In this document: piece after piece, positions 27,294-41,175 of the stretch
How positions within the stretch are numbered: the stretch's first letter is position 1
Layout of the letters: every line of letters begins with the position of its first letter
Assembly: GCF_006345805.1 (NCBI RefSeq)
Contig: NC_043011.1
Coordinates: 36,716,464 to 36,780,463 of the forward strand
Length of the DNA stretch: 64,000 nucleotides
Source: Octopus sinensis
Lineage: Eukaryota
Direction of reading: 5' to 3'
The notes under the pieces: generated by a model
Told to the model about the DNA's origin: nothing
The model's database searches: none
What the model saw: only the letters and a program-made list of their open reading frames with translations
Position numbers and translations under genes: made by a program

Positions 27294-28270
27294 AACAACA
27301 AACAAGATGAGGACAAATATCCGTCGAAAGTAAATAATGTAAATAATGTGCATAATTCCTCATCTCTGAAATATAGAAATGTCGATTCCAACCGCGTAAA
27401 GAAAAGACAAATCTAGGAAAATTGTATGGTTCAACGTTCCATTTGGAGACAAAATCGCCACTAATGCCCCGAGAAATTTTTTTCCGGCACTTGACAAACA
27501 TTTCCCTCTGTCGAGCGGATATGGGAGGTTGCTTAACCGACAAGATGTGAGATTTGTTGACTCCGCTGTAAAAAGAAACCCAAGAAACAAAAATAAACAA
27601 ACAAACAAGAAAAATCTAGCACAAATAATAGCATCTCAGGTTAAGGGAATTAGAAACTTTACTCTGAGCCACCCTAGACCTGAATAGAACAACGGAAAAC
27701 AACAAGGGTCAGAAGGAATATACGAATAATTTTGATAATAGGAGTAACTATAACTACTAATAGGAGTGGTAGAATTGTATTAGTTATGCTGCTAATAGTA
27801 AAGAGAAGTGAAACAATAATAGTGGTACTTAAGAGAGTATGACAACCGAAATATTGGTGCTGCGAATGATAGGTTGAAGACAGGGGTGAAATGGATACTA
27901 GAGATGATGATAGCATAAGCAAGAATAAGGATAATAACATTGGTAATAATATTAATGGCAACATCGTTTCTAAGAGTAAGTCTATGAATAAGAATAGGAA
28001 TAAAGACCATAATTATTAAAACTATAATTATTGTAATAGGGATAAGGATATAAATTCTAGAAGAGCTAATAACGGCGAGGAGATGACAGAGTACGATTAA
28101 AGCAATAAGAAGCCGACAATGGGAAAATTGATGGAAAAATATGGTGGTAGAAATGTTGGGAGAAATACAGGAAATATAGTCATCGAAAGTCAAGGTAGGA
28201 CAGGAAACACCATACAAGTTAAGCATAATTAGGGAGGAAAATATAAATATAAATGATAATAATAATAATA

Positions 28271-28306
<36 letters not shown>

Positions 28307-28420
28307 TAACAATGACAATAACAACAACAACAACAACAATAATAATAATAATAATGATAATGATAATAATAAAAAAAATATTAATAATAATAATAATAAA
28401 AAGAAGAAGAATAACAATAA

Positions 28421-28697
28421 GGGCTCATGGGAACTGCTCATATTCTACGCAAAATACTTTCTTTGTAATCTCAAGTTTTTTAGCCATTCACTAGTACAAC
28501 ACTAAGTACAAAACCAAATATATGGTACCTTAGGCATAACACCAACATGAACTTCCAACTTGTTGTCTCTTGAGGTCTCTGGGTGAGACTTGGAGCCAGC
28601 TTGTGCAAATGTAAAGCAAAAGTCAAACATAGAATAATAATAATAATAATAAATAATAATAATAATAATATAATAATAATAATAATAATAATAATAA
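28421..28697 (+). mobile_element. Extremely 5'-truncated Dong/R4-like LINE in (TAA)n
   Basis: LMGTAHILRKILSL* (stop 28466-28468) matches the C-terminus of the 26.5 kb copy. It has a different 3' UTR and (TAA)n on both sides. Confidence 0.75.
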
Positions 28698-29607
28698 CCA
28701 ATTACAAGATCATTTATAATTGCAGAGGGGGGACAGAACGTCCTTTAAGAAACCATGTCTTGAGAAGAAATTAGTCAACGGATGCACAGTAGTTACCCAG
28801 AATAAAACTATCGCATAAGATGTTGCGCAACGACCTTTAAGCTTCATTACTGTAACCACACCTCGACATTTAAATACAAAGTTTAAAGAAAACTCGACAT
28901 AATTTAGGAAATTAATATGACAATTTAGGGACAATAAAACTAATTATGAATTATGAATGGTCGATACTAAACTGTGCAAATCTATACGAAATAGGACGAA
29001 TGAGATTCGAGCTTTGTCTACAGTAGTCACTCCAAATACATACGCCAGAGAGGAAACAAATTTACCGTCGACAGGAAATAGTGATACGTTGTAAGCATTT
29101 CTATAATAAATCCTTCCGCAGTATCAGAGTATCAAATTTATTTTCATTGATCTATACTTGCAATTTCTGTTCAAATTTGTCGGTTTATTTAATGGTGTAT
29201 TCTGTATATTCTCTATCATCGCTCACGAACAGAACATCTACCCGACCACTCGATATCATTGTGGAAAATGTAACCTATTTTGGATGACCTATTTGACCAT
29301 CTCTCTAGAGTTTCCTCGACATTCGCTCAGTTCATCTGATAGATGGGTCAACACTACCCAGTCACTCCAACATGCTAGAAATAGCTGTTAAGGTATCCCA
29401 AGTATCAAACTCTGCTATCTTTTGAACGGAAAGATACATTGGACAATGGTGTCTTGGATACACTGCAATAATAAAACTTACAGAAATACTGTGGCTGGAA
29501 CTTATTTTGAACAAGGAGCTGAGCTGCTTCGGCGTTAAACAATATCAAGAAAAGCATGCTTTATAAATACGGTTAGTTGACTTTCATAAGTAGAGTTACT
29601 TATAAAA

Positions 29608-29782
29608 GGCGTAGGAGTGGCTGTGTGGTAAGTAGCCTGCTTAGGAACCATATGGTTCCAGGTTCAGTCCCACAGCGTGGCACCTTGGGCAAGTGTCTTC
29701 TACCATAGCCTCGGCGCGACCAAAACCTTGTGAGTGGATTTGGTAGACGGAAACTGAAAGAAGCACGTCGTGTATATGTATG

Positions 29783-29817
<35 letters not shown>

Positions 29818-30011
29818 AAGTCTGTATATGATTGTGTCTGTATCACCCCCCCTATCATCGCTTGACAACCGATGCTGGTGTATTTACGATAGAATAAGTA
29901 CTAGGCTTACAAAGAATAAGTCCTGGGGTCGATTTGTTCCACTAAAGGCAGTGCTCCAGCATGGCCACAGTCACATGACTGAAACAAGAAAAAGAATAAA
30001 AGAGTAAAGAG
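29608..30011 (+). mobile_element. SINE family A, near full length
   Basis: GGCGTAGGAGTGGCTGTGTGGTAAG head, B-box GGTTCAGTCC, internal (TA)n and an A-rich AAAAGAGT tail. Confidence 0.92.
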
Positions 30012-30802
30012 TTACTTTATTCAATAAAACATATGATCAAATGCACTTCAACCAAAATTATTGCATTTTTGCAAACAGTGTATCTAGGAATATCTTATTT
30101 GATGTGTATTTTGTTTCTGTGTCGAGAAGTTCCGATTTTTATTAGCGATATTTTATATTTTAATGCACCGATTTAAACTAAAAGTACCCAATTGGCACTG
30201 ACTCCTTTATAAAAATGAAATCATTCTCTAAGAAGGCCTAATAAGATCGAAATATACGCAGAGTTTTCTCCTTATCTACGGAATATATGAGTCTCATACC
30301 ATTGCAAGCATTTACTTATCTTTAATTTATTTAACTTTAAGAATTACTTTCCATTTTGTTTTGTATTTTATTTTTAATAAGAAGTTCATCGTTACAGTTA
30401 AGGATTTTTTTCCTCCCTAGATTAATAATTCTAATAAAAAATTTTCGCTCTGTAGGAAGGCGTCTGTAGACAACGTTGAATTACAGTATGTTAACTAAAA
30501 GTAATTCAGTAATGTAAAAGATACATTTAATGAGAATTGATGATGTATTTCTCTTTAAAAAAAATTCTTATAGAATTTCATATTATGAATTCCGAAATAT
30601 AAGCAGTCGGAAATAAAAACATATGATGTGTTATGAAGTTGAAAAATGTCTAATAAAAAGTTGTTAATTTAATATTTATTTAGCTAACATTGTAAGTAGG
30701 GGAAATTTGCTAACATAGAAATACCTATGTGCTGTCATAATGCGTAAGCCTGTGTAGCCTGCCTTTGTGTGAATGTATAAATGCATATACACACAAACAC
30801 AC

Positions 30803-30840
<38 letters not shown>

Positions 30841-31155
30841 GTGAGTACGATTCCATATGTGGGTGTATACATAAATTCATACATACAAATATACATACAT
30901 ACATACATAATATATACATACACAAAAATACACACATACGATACAAACACATACATACATACGTTTGTAAATGTAACTTCCACATTTAAATATTTTACAT
31001 TAAATATATCGATAATAATGTCTAATCTTTAGTATTGTTTCATACAATAGACGAAATATTCCATTTAACTTACAATTACAATCATCATCATCATCATCAA
31101 CATCATTATCATCATACCCACCACCACCACTATCATCATCATCCTTATTATTATT

Positions 31156-31560
31156 AAGGTGGCGAGCTGGCAGAATCGTTAGCACGCCGGGCGAAATGCT
31201 CAGCAGTATTTCGTTTGTCGCTACGTTCTGAGTTCAAATTCCGCCGAGGTCGACCTTGCTTTTCATCTTTTCGGGGTCGATTAAATAAGTACCAGTTACG
31301 CACTGGGGTCGATATAATCGCCTTCATCCGTTTGTCTGTCCTTGTTTGTCCCTTCTGTGTTTAGCCCCTTGTGGGTAGTAAAGAAATAGGTATTTCGCCC
31401 GTCGCTCCGTCCTGAGTTCAAATTCCGCCGTGTTAGAGTTTACTTTTCATCCTTTCGGCATCGATAAATTAAATATCAGTTGAGTACCTGAGTCCTTGTA
31501 ATCGACTTGACCCATCCCCCCAAATCTCGGGCATTGTACCTATAGTAGAAATGATTATTG
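31156..31560 (+). mobile_element. SINE family B dimer
   Basis: Full head GGCGAGCTGGCAGAATCGTTAGCAC followed by a second, head-less unit. Confidence 0.9.
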
Positions 31561-32072
31561 TTATTATTATTATTACTATTATTAATTATCATTTTCATTC
31601 TGCAGTAAATTTTTATTATTACATCTGGAACATTGAATAGTTCCGTTTTGTGTTTCGTTACTACTAAAGGAAGGAGGTTTCCTTGTGTGTTTATTTTTCC
31701 ATTTGCTTCTGTCTATGTTGGTTCTATCATGTAACAGAATAGTATTCCAGAACCTCTTTGCCATAGTTTTCTTCAGCAGATGGTTTCTAACAAAATAGTG
31801 ATGGATAGCACCACAATCATCATCATCTTTTGCTAATGATTGGGTTTAAATCGCGTAGAAACGAAATCAACTTTCATCTTTCCAGTTTGTAAAGAATAAA
31901 TTACCAGTTAATTACGAGGGTCAATGGTATCTACTGATGCTCTAGTTTCAAAATTGCTGGCCACTTGCCAAAATCAGTAACTATTTCTAATTTATCATGA
32001 AGGTAAAAGGAAGAACACGAATTTGCAGAATTCTTGGGAATGTGGCAAATATGCCTTACAAAATTTGTTCTG

Positions 32073-32985
32073 GCTGAAACGTTAGCACGACGGGTGAAAT
32101 GCTTAGAGGTATTTCGTCTGCCGCTACGTTCTGAGTTCAAATTCCGCCGAGGTCGACTTTGCCTTTCATCCTTTCGGGGTCGATGAATTAAGTACCAGTT
32201 ACGCATTGGGGTCGATATGATCGACTTAATTCGTCTGTCTGTCCTTGTTTGTCTCGTCTGTGTTTAGCCCCTTGTGGTTTGTAAAGAAATAGATATTTCG
32301 TCTGCCGTTACGTTCTAAGTTCAAATTCCGCCGAGGTCGACTTTGCCTTTCATCCTTTCGGGGTCGATAAATTAAGTACCAATTACGAAATGGGGCGATG
32401 TAATTGACTTAACCCCCTTGTTTGTCTCTTCTATGTTTAGCCCCTTGTGGGCAGTAAAGAAATAAGAAACGTTAGCATGCCGGGCAAAATGCTTAGCGGC
32501 ATTTCATCTGTCTTTACGTCGTGAGTTCAAATTCCACTGAGGTCGAATTTGCCTTTCGGGGTCGATAAATTAAGTACCAATTGCGTACAGGGGCCTTGTG
32601 CCTAGAATAGAAAATAATTTGTTCTGGCTCTGAAGGATCTGAGTTCAAATCCTGCTTGTTCAACTCTAAACATCCTCGTTTCGAGAACAATAAAACAAGG
32701 TACCAGTCGTGCACTGGAGTCGATATTATCGACTCTACTCCTCCTCGTCGCACAAATACTGATGAAACCTTTACTAAAATTTGAAGGTACGCAGTTGTCT
32801 GAATTGTTAACGCACAGGACCACATGTTTAGCGGCATTTCTACCAGCTCAAATCCCGATCAGGTCTACTTGGCTTTACCTTTTTTACCGGGTCGATGAAT
32901 TAAAGTACTACTTTAGTACTTGACCAATATACTTATTTTACTATGTCTCCTCAAAATCACTGCCCTTGTGTCAAAATTAGAAGCG
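32073..32985 (+). mobile_element. SINE family B multimer plus older degenerate units
   Basis: Three clear units at 32073-32615 and decayed units at ~32616-32740 and ~32800-32985. Confidence 0.85.
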
Positions 32986-33580
32986 TTGGCGAAGACGATT
33001 TTCTGTTTTCTTTTTCTAATTTTTAAATGAGAAATAAAAATGAGAAGCCATTACGAGAGTTGTTCGGAATATTATTACCATTTTACGATAACATCAAAAT
33101 TCGCATCCTCATAAATATCATTATTATTGTTATTATTACCATTATTATTGAAATCATTCTTATCACATGATCTGTTTTGGCAATATGATACATTATCAAA
33201 TTAGAAAGATTATGCTATATATTCACAAAGTATATTTGTTGTAGTTGTTACTATTGTTATTGTTGTTATCTTGGCTTCGTTTAGCACAATAATATTGCAT
33301 GATTAATCGAAATATTTTACTTCTAATTTTTTCGCCATTCATTTAATTAAATACTTACAAATTTGTAAGCATCGCATTCCTAATAATCATTCACAATTAT
33401 TTGTACTAAATAACACACCAACATCACAGAGACATCGTGTGTTCTTAACAGTTGGTGTTCGAAACAACATCACTGAGCATTTCCCCATGCTGAAATCAAC
33501 AATGTGATGTGTATTCCGTGACAATGAATGCCGTGATAAACACGTAGAGGCACAAACATATATATATATATATTATATAT

Positions 33581-33631
<51 letters not shown>

Positions 33632-33637
<6 letters not shown>

Positions 33638-33850
33638 GCAACAAGGATATTCAGAGGTAATGCAGTACAATTGTTTCATGCAGTTCCATCTAATTGGAGT
33701 TGCATGAAACGATCGTGCTGCATTACCTCTGAATATCCTTGTTGCTTATTTTGATTTTAATCACCATACTTTGAAATTGTGTGGATAATACCGTACTTAA
33801 TTCTGGTGCCTCAACGTAAGTACCAAATTAATCTGAATCTATATACTCAA
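33632..33850. repeat. Repeat with a 57-bp near-perfect hairpin (inverted duplication of its end)
   Basis: Arms 33632-33688 and 33695-33751 with a TCTAAT loop. 33695-33850 is homologous (reverse complement) to ~40740-40890. Confidence 0.9.
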
Positions 33851-33851
33851 A

Positions 33852-33886
<35 letters not shown>

Positions 33887-34569
33887 CTGGAATTCGTTGC
33901 TGTTGGTGAGCTAGAAAATAAAACATGATTGGAGACGAATGTATGGGGATGTGGTGTGATTGTGCTGTATTTACTTGCTTGTTTTAAGTCTTAAGACAGT
34001 GTAGTAACCATTCTCGAATTTAAATGGTAGAAGTAGTAGCGTTAAGGAATTTTTGTTGAAATTTTTGTTGAACTATTAAGAGAACTTTAAAAAAAAAAAA
34101 AAAAAACAGCATGGCGAAAAAGAAGGTCATCGTTCTCTTTTAAGTGAATTATTTTTGTGGGCGGATCCTCTGCCGCCGTAATCTGTAGAATTCTTTTTGC
34201 TAATGTGAAAAAACAAAATTTTCTTCGTTGTGTATTTATCATTTAATGGTGAATTCATTTTTTGTTCTTGCTATTGTGTCCGTGACTCAAGTAGAGTACC
34301 TGTTTTGGAAACTACAAGGGCCAGGAATACCGGTTGGTCAGAATTTAATTTTTTGAAGTAGCTGTTGCAGTGATTTGAACTATCACAGTGCAAAGAACTG
34401 TCCTCGTGCTGAACTGTTATTTTTCATTTCTTATCTATCCTTATCTTATGTATAAATGCAATGTTACTAGAGTTCAAATAAGCGTGTGGCACGTTTGGGC
34501 TTATAAACATGCCATTCCTTGTATTTTTTTCTTCATGAATAACGTTGTTTTATAAAAAAAAATTTTTAT

Positions 34570-34952
34570 TCTTTTATTCCTTTACTTGTTTCAGTCATTT
34601 GACTGCGGCCATTTTGGAGCACCGCCTTTAGTCGAACAAATCGACACCTGGACTTATTCTTTGTAAGCTTAGTACTTATTCTATCGGTCTATTTGGCCGA
34701 ACCACCAGGTTATGGGAACGTAAACACACCAACATCGGTTGTAAAGCGATGGTGGGAGTCAAACACAGACACACACACAAATACAGACATACATATACGA
34801 CGGTCTTCTTTCAGTTTTCGTCTACCAAATCTACTGACAAGGCTTTCCTCAGCTCCAGGCTATAGTAGAAGACACTTCGTCAAGGTGCCACGCAATGGGA
34901 CTGAACCCGGAACCATGTGGTTGAGAAGCAAGCTTCTTACCACATAGCCACT
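34570..34952 (-). mobile_element. SINE family A
   Basis: Reverse complement of the family A consensus. Confidence 0.9.
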
Positions 34953-35020
34953 GTTGTCAACAGCGAGAATTTTTCTCCATCACAAAACAGAGTGAATGAC
35001 TAGTTTTTAGCAACCAAAAT

Positions 35021-35607
35021 GGATCTTTACCATTTGACCGACAAATTTTAAAAAATGATTTTTTGTAAGTAAACACTTTCAAACTTCGGACGCTGGTAGA
35101 ATGTGTCATAAAACATGTTTTACTCTTAGCATTTGTGTGAAAAACTTATATTTACGAAGATATTTCACCTTAAAGTTCTCGTATTTCGGTAATTTAAACA
35201 AATCAATGACATGTATTCAGCTAAAAAAAATTACTGCTATTGTTTGTCAACAACAACTATCGGCGGCGTATTTTTCGTTTGTCACTGTTATTTATGACAT
35301 CGTTCGTGCGTTTGTACTGGTTTTAAGGTTTTAGGGTTAGGGTTGTCATAAATAACAGTGACAAACGAAAAATACACCGCCGGAAGTTCTTGTTGACAAA
35401 CAACAGCAGTAATTTTATTCAGCGGAATACACGTCCTTGATTGGTTGAAAACTTTAACGTGAAATATCTCCGTAAATATAAGTTTTTCTCAAAAAATGCT
35501 AAGAGTAAATATGTTTTATATGATGCATTCTACAAGTGTCCGAAGTTTGAAAGTGTTTATTTACCAAAAAATATTTTCTAAATTTGTCTGTCGAAAGGTA
35601 AACATCC
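35021..35607. mobile_element. Foldback/MITE element with ~270 bp inverted arms and central TTAGGG repeats
   Basis: Left arm 35021-35299 and right arm 35344-35607, with termini GGAT(C/G)TTTACC. The 44-nt loop contains TTAGGGTTAGGG. Confidence 0.9.
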
Positions 35608-35774
35608 CAAACGTGCCACTAGCATATTTCAACTGCTCGTAGCATCGCATTTAAAGGGTAGAATTAAATGCTGAATTCTAATGAACTTATGTTTCACGAA
35701 GCCCTTCATTAGAAAATTACAGGTCCAAACTTACATTTCAATATGTGCTTTGTTCCACTGATTTCCTATTTTGG

Positions 35775-35950
35775 CACCGGACCAGCAAGTTCAGAGAAGG
35801 GGGCTTGTCGCTTACATCGACCCCAGTACTCAACTGGTACTTATTTTATAGACCTGAAAAGAGGGAAATTTGAAATCAACCTCGACGGAATTTGAATTCA
35901 GAACATAAAGACGGAAGAAATACCGCTAAGTGCTTTGCCCAGCGTGCTCG
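35775..35950 (-). mobile_element. Degenerate SINE family B
   Basis: Contains ATCGACCCCAGT...TGGTACTTATTT...GGAATTTGAA blocks. Confidence 0.65.
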
Positions 35951-36775
35951 TCGTCTTTTGTGCTATTATATATTAGAAATGAAAAGCCTTTTCTATTTTA
36001 CTCTTGATTACTTTATTAACAAAGAAGTACTCCATCATGGCTGTAGTTCTGACATTTTAAACAAAATTAAGAACTATGTAACACGCCCGGATAGCCTAGA
36101 CGTAGGACGAAAGGCTCCCAAGTTATGACCATCGCATTGAACTTTCAAGTAAGACAGAGCTAAAGTGACTCTAATATTTCCGCTATTTATTATATACTTC
36201 AGATAGAAACGCGTATGTTGTTTCAGATAAGATCGAGCGACTATGTAGAAGCACCTTTAGAGTGTTTCGAATAATTTGTCGCTCGTACTCAAGAAATCAT
36301 TCAGATCCCAAAATGGAGGCTTCGTTTAATTTTCACACAGTCTATCTATGAAAAGTCAGGTTATTCTGTAGTGAATGTGTTGGTTCTTTTTATTCGAAGG
36401 TTAAACATGAGCAATGGACTAAACACAAGATGACAGATATATCTGGAAGCATTGGCTTGTATTTCGTTACTCTATTGACCTAGAGAACTGAGGTTTCATA
36501 AATCGAATGTTCGATTTCTATGGTGTAACTAATGAGAGGTATATAATGTTTATTTGTACAAATATAGCTTATTGATTTTGTTAACTTTCTACACCTCTCT
36601 AAGTGTGTATAGAAATACGAATATTAGCATAAATCTTATATTTCATTTAACATAACTGAATTTTGAATAAATACATATTAATCATAGCGACAATAATAAT
36701 GATGATGATGATGATGACAATAATAGTAATAATAACAAAGACAACAACAACACTACTACTACTACCACTACAACT

Positions 36776-36827
<52 letters not shown>

Positions 36828-36830
<3 letters not shown>

Positions 36831-37386
36831 GCCCTGATGCAGTACCAGGCAGTGGCTCTCATGGCTTCTGATCTGAACTGATTGGAAGTGTTATCATGTA
36901 CATTGTTTTGTCTTGGTATAAAAGATGGGCTACAGCAAATATTCTGCTCAATACCACAGATTTGCCTGTCAGTTGTTTGACCTTAACCAGTTGAGCATGT
37001 CCCTTAGTGGCTGACGATATGTGCATCTCTGATCACGAGCAGAAGTAGTGGGGGAGCATCATAGCCATGTGTTGAGAGGGATTCTTTGGGGTTTGAATAG
37101 TTCACCTCTGGAAACATGGGTGGTTCTTTCAACATCCTTAAACAACCCTTATTCAGGGACCGTTTGAGCGGGATGGGCTACTCAACCTGAAGGAAATTCT
37201 AACTGGGCCCTACCTGCAAGGTCATGTGCTGTTTATCTTGATATGAGATCACGATGTCGCGCACATATGGTTGCGATGCATGTGCCTGGTGTAACTTTAT
37301 CAGACGGGTAGTCATGATGGGTATATTGGGCTTCGTATATTTTACCCCAGTGTCACTTTGATGGCATGAACTGCTCTCTCACTCAA
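36828..37386. mobile_element. ~560 bp interspersed element (family C) flanked by (TAA)n
   Basis: Complex non-coding sequence with (AAT)n on both sides. A diverged second copy follows. Confidence 0.75.
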
Positions 37387-37530
37387 TAATAATAATAATA
37401 ATAATAATAGATATGATGATGATGATGATGATGATGATGGTGATGATGATGTGGTGATGGTGGTGGTGGTTATGATGAAGATGATGATGTTGATGCTGAA
37501 GATGGTGGTGGTGGTGATGATGATGGTAAC

Positions 37531-38050
37531 GTCCTGATGCAATATCAGGCACTGGCTCTCATGACATCTGATCATAAATGATTGGAAGTGTTATCATGTA
37601 CGTTTTGCCTTGTTATAAGAGATGGGCTACAGCAAATATTCTGCTCATTACCTCAAATTCACTTGTCATTTGTTTGACCTTAACCAGTTGAACATGTTCC
37701 TTGCTGGCTGACAATGTGTGAATCTCTGATCCCAAGCAGAGGTAGTTGGGGAGCATCATAGTCACAAGAGGAAGTATTTGCGTTTAAATAATTCACCTCT
37801 GAAAACAAGGGTTTCTTCGTTCAAAATCCTTAAACAACTCTGATTTAGGGACCTTTTGAATGGGACGGGCTACTCGTTCTGAAGAAGATTCTAACTGGGC
37901 CCCACCTGCAAGTCCATGCGCTTTTATCTTGACATGGAGTCACCATGTCATGCACAGATGGTTGTGACGCATGTGTCTGAAATACCGTTATCAGATGGGT
38001 ATTCATGATGGGTATATTGGGGTTCGTACGTTTGTACTCCAGAGTAATTT
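37531..38050. mobile_element. Second, diverged family C copy
   Basis: Colinear with 36828-37386 and separated from it by an (AAT)/(GAT)/(GGT) tract. Confidence 0.75.
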
Positions 38051-38057
38051 AATAATA

Positions 38058-38276
38058 GTGGTTTCTAATTTTTCCACAAGGGCAACAATTTTGGAGAAGG
38101 GAATGAGTTGATTATATCGACCCCAGTGCATAGATGGTACTTATTTTATCAACTCTGAAAGGATGAAAAGCAAAGTCGACCTGTGCTAAATTTGAACTCA
38201 GAAGGTAATGACTGACGAATTACCACTAAGCATTTCGTCCAGCGCACTAACGATTCAGCCAGTTTGCCGCCATGTC

Positions 38277-38307
<31 letters not shown>

Positions 38308-38520
38308 TAATAATAATAATAATAATGATGATGATAATGGCAATCCTTTCTACTGAAGGCACAAGACCTCAAGTTTGTGGGCAGGGGATTAGTCGATTAC
38401 ATCGATTCCAGTGATACACTGGTTCTCAATTCATCGATCCCGACAGGATGAAGGCAAATTTGACCTCTATGGAATTTGATCTCAGACTGTATCGACGGGC
38501 GAAATACTGCTAAGTATTGT
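38058..38520 (-). mobile_element. Two degenerate SINE family B copies separated by (TAA)n
   Basis: Reverse-complement consensus blocks at 38058-38275 and 38338-38520. Confidence 0.7.
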
Positions 38521-38654
38521 GTAATTCTCGAAGTTTAGGGTTGCACACATACAGACACAGACAGACAGACAGACAGACAGACAGAAAGACACATTCTCAG
38601 TTTTTTATATATAGATAGCAGAAATTTACAGAAAAGCAAATGCCGAAGATTGTT

Positions 38655-38850
38655 GTATGAACAACAATTAGGTGTATTAGTTTGACGCTCGGGAAAGTGA
38701 GAAGGTCTTTCACGTTTTGAGTCCACGCTCTTCAACAGAAAGGAATAAGAGAAAATAAACAGAGAGAGAATAAAAAGAACTTGTGGATTTAGCAATCAAG
38801 CATGGCAGCTGGTTTAGAAAAAAACGGGCTGGCAGGAGAGATAGAAAGAA
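38655..38850 (-). mobile_element. Second copy of the 2.4 kb hammerhead-bearing repeat
   Basis: Minus strand CTTT-CTGTTGA-A-GAGCGTGGACTC-AAAACGTG-AAAGAC...CCCGAGCGTCAAACTAATAC. Confidence 0.7.
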
Positions 38851-39209
38851 GGGGAGATAATACAATATTGGTGATCCGAAAACCAAGGTGCGCTTCCGTG
38901 AGCGTATGTAAGAATGTGTAAATATCTGTGGATGTGTAGGGGCTAGTGATTTTGACGAGTGTGTATATTTTCGTAAGTGTGTGCGTGTCTTAAAGTGTGG
39001 GTATGTGGATGATAGTGTTTGGGTGTGTAGATGATGGTGTGTGGTGTGGTGTGGTACTGTGGAGTTGTGGGTATGTGTGATTGGGATATGAGGTGGGGAT
39101 GTGGATACATACATCTATGTATATATATTTATATATATATATATACATATACATCCGTATATATAGAGAGAAATTGACATATGTATATATAGATGTGTGT
39201 GTTTGTGTT

Positions 39210-39240
<31 letters not shown>

Positions 39241-39849
39241 CTGTTTGTATGTATATGTATAATTACGGTTCTGAACTGGATTCAATATAACACAGTGTTC
39301 CAGCTGTGACAATCCTGAATTTCTGTTTAACAAAAAATACATATTCGAATGCATTCCTTCTCCGGGAATGCAGCTGCTATTTACTGAAGCTAAAAATGTT
39401 TAAAAGGGACGTGATCATTGCATCGTAAAAGCTCTTACCAGTTCATGCTTCTCCGTGACATGTTGATACGAAACAGATAAATTAGATAATGGTTTGTTTT
39501 AAACATTATTTCTGTGATCTGGTACGTCTTCTTCAGAATTAAATGAAATGTATACCTAATACGAAATTAAACTTCTGCTTTGAAATTGAACTAAAATCCC
39601 TCGCTGCAGAAGTTTCTGCTTATGTCTTGTCCGTTATTTTGTTTCCAACATTTATTGCATAGAGAGATATCGAGGAGGCCTAATTTGTCTTCTTTAAAAC
39701 ACCGCAGTCGCAAACCTCTCAACGTGATTGATGTAATAAAGAGAGTTATTGTCAGAGAGACGCAAGAATCTTTCTAACTTATCCGCTAAGTAGAAGTAAG
39801 CCAAGAATCTAAGTGTAACATACACAGACACACACGCAAACATACTCAT

Positions 39850-39910
39850 ACACATGTATGTACATATGTATGTAAGAATATATACATGAATATATATATA
39901 TATATGCATG

Positions 39911-39942
<32 letters not shown>

Positions 39943-39948
39943 TGCATG

Positions 39949-40006
<58 letters not shown>

Positions 40007-40020
40007 TATATCTATCTATG

Positions 40021-40062
<42 letters not shown>

Positions 40063-40067
40063 CATAT

Positions 40068-40112
<45 letters not shown>

Positions 40113-40257
40113 TAATATATATATATTATATATATATATATATAACATATATATAATATATATACATAATATAGGTATATATGTGTATATATATATATAT
40201 ATTATATATTATATATATATATATATATATAATATATATTATATATATATATATATC

Positions 40258-40289
<32 letters not shown>

Positions 40290-40340
40290 AATATATATAT
40301 ATATATTATATATATATATATATACATATATATGCATATA
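39850..40340. repeat. Long imperfect (TA)n array
   Basis: ~490 bp composed almost entirely of TA dinucleotides. Confidence 0.97.
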
Positions 40341-41039
40341 GGGAAACAGGTTAATTGCCCTAAAGATGGCGCCGCTGCGACAACTTCTTTTGAGAGTAAA
40401 TAGGTTTACGTCTGCTTTAACAGTAGAATTTTATTAATGAGATTAGTAATTTGAAGAAATCGCGCGCGTGCACACACACGTGGACACACACACTCACACA
40501 CACACATACGAACACACACGCGCACACATACACACACACACACAGACACGAAAGTGCACTCGCACAAACATTGTAATTAATACAACCCCATCAAAATAAC
40601 GATGATGTATCTATGCAGAAACCCATACACACTGATTAGCCAATATACACAGAGATGTATATATGTATCTATGCATGTATTTATACAGGTATGTATGAAT
40701 ATGATTTATAAATATATATATGTATATATATATAGGTTCAGCAAAAGTTAGATTTAGATGTATATGGTACTTAAGTTAAAGGTACCAGAATTTGGTATGG
40801 TATTATCCATATAATCAAATGGAGTGATTATAATCAAAATAAGCAACAAGGATATCCAAGGTAGGTAGTACAATCGTTTCATGTTACTTCATTTTATTAA
40901 ACACTGAAAGCATTACATCAGTTTTAAAATGTCGACCAATCTTCAGCCACATATAGCATTTTTTAATTTAACGGACAATGCACATTTTAATACTTAAATG
41001 TATGTATATATACATACATGCATATGTATACACACAGAG

Positions 41040-41078
<39 letters not shown>

Positions 41079-41096
41079 ATATATATATATATATAT

Positions 41097-41174
<78 letters not shown>

Positions 41175-41175
<1 letters not shown>

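Noticed and set aside
40363-40375. YY1-like AAGATGGCG motif as a promoter
   Set aside because: It is a single short motif with no CpG island or downstream gene evidence.
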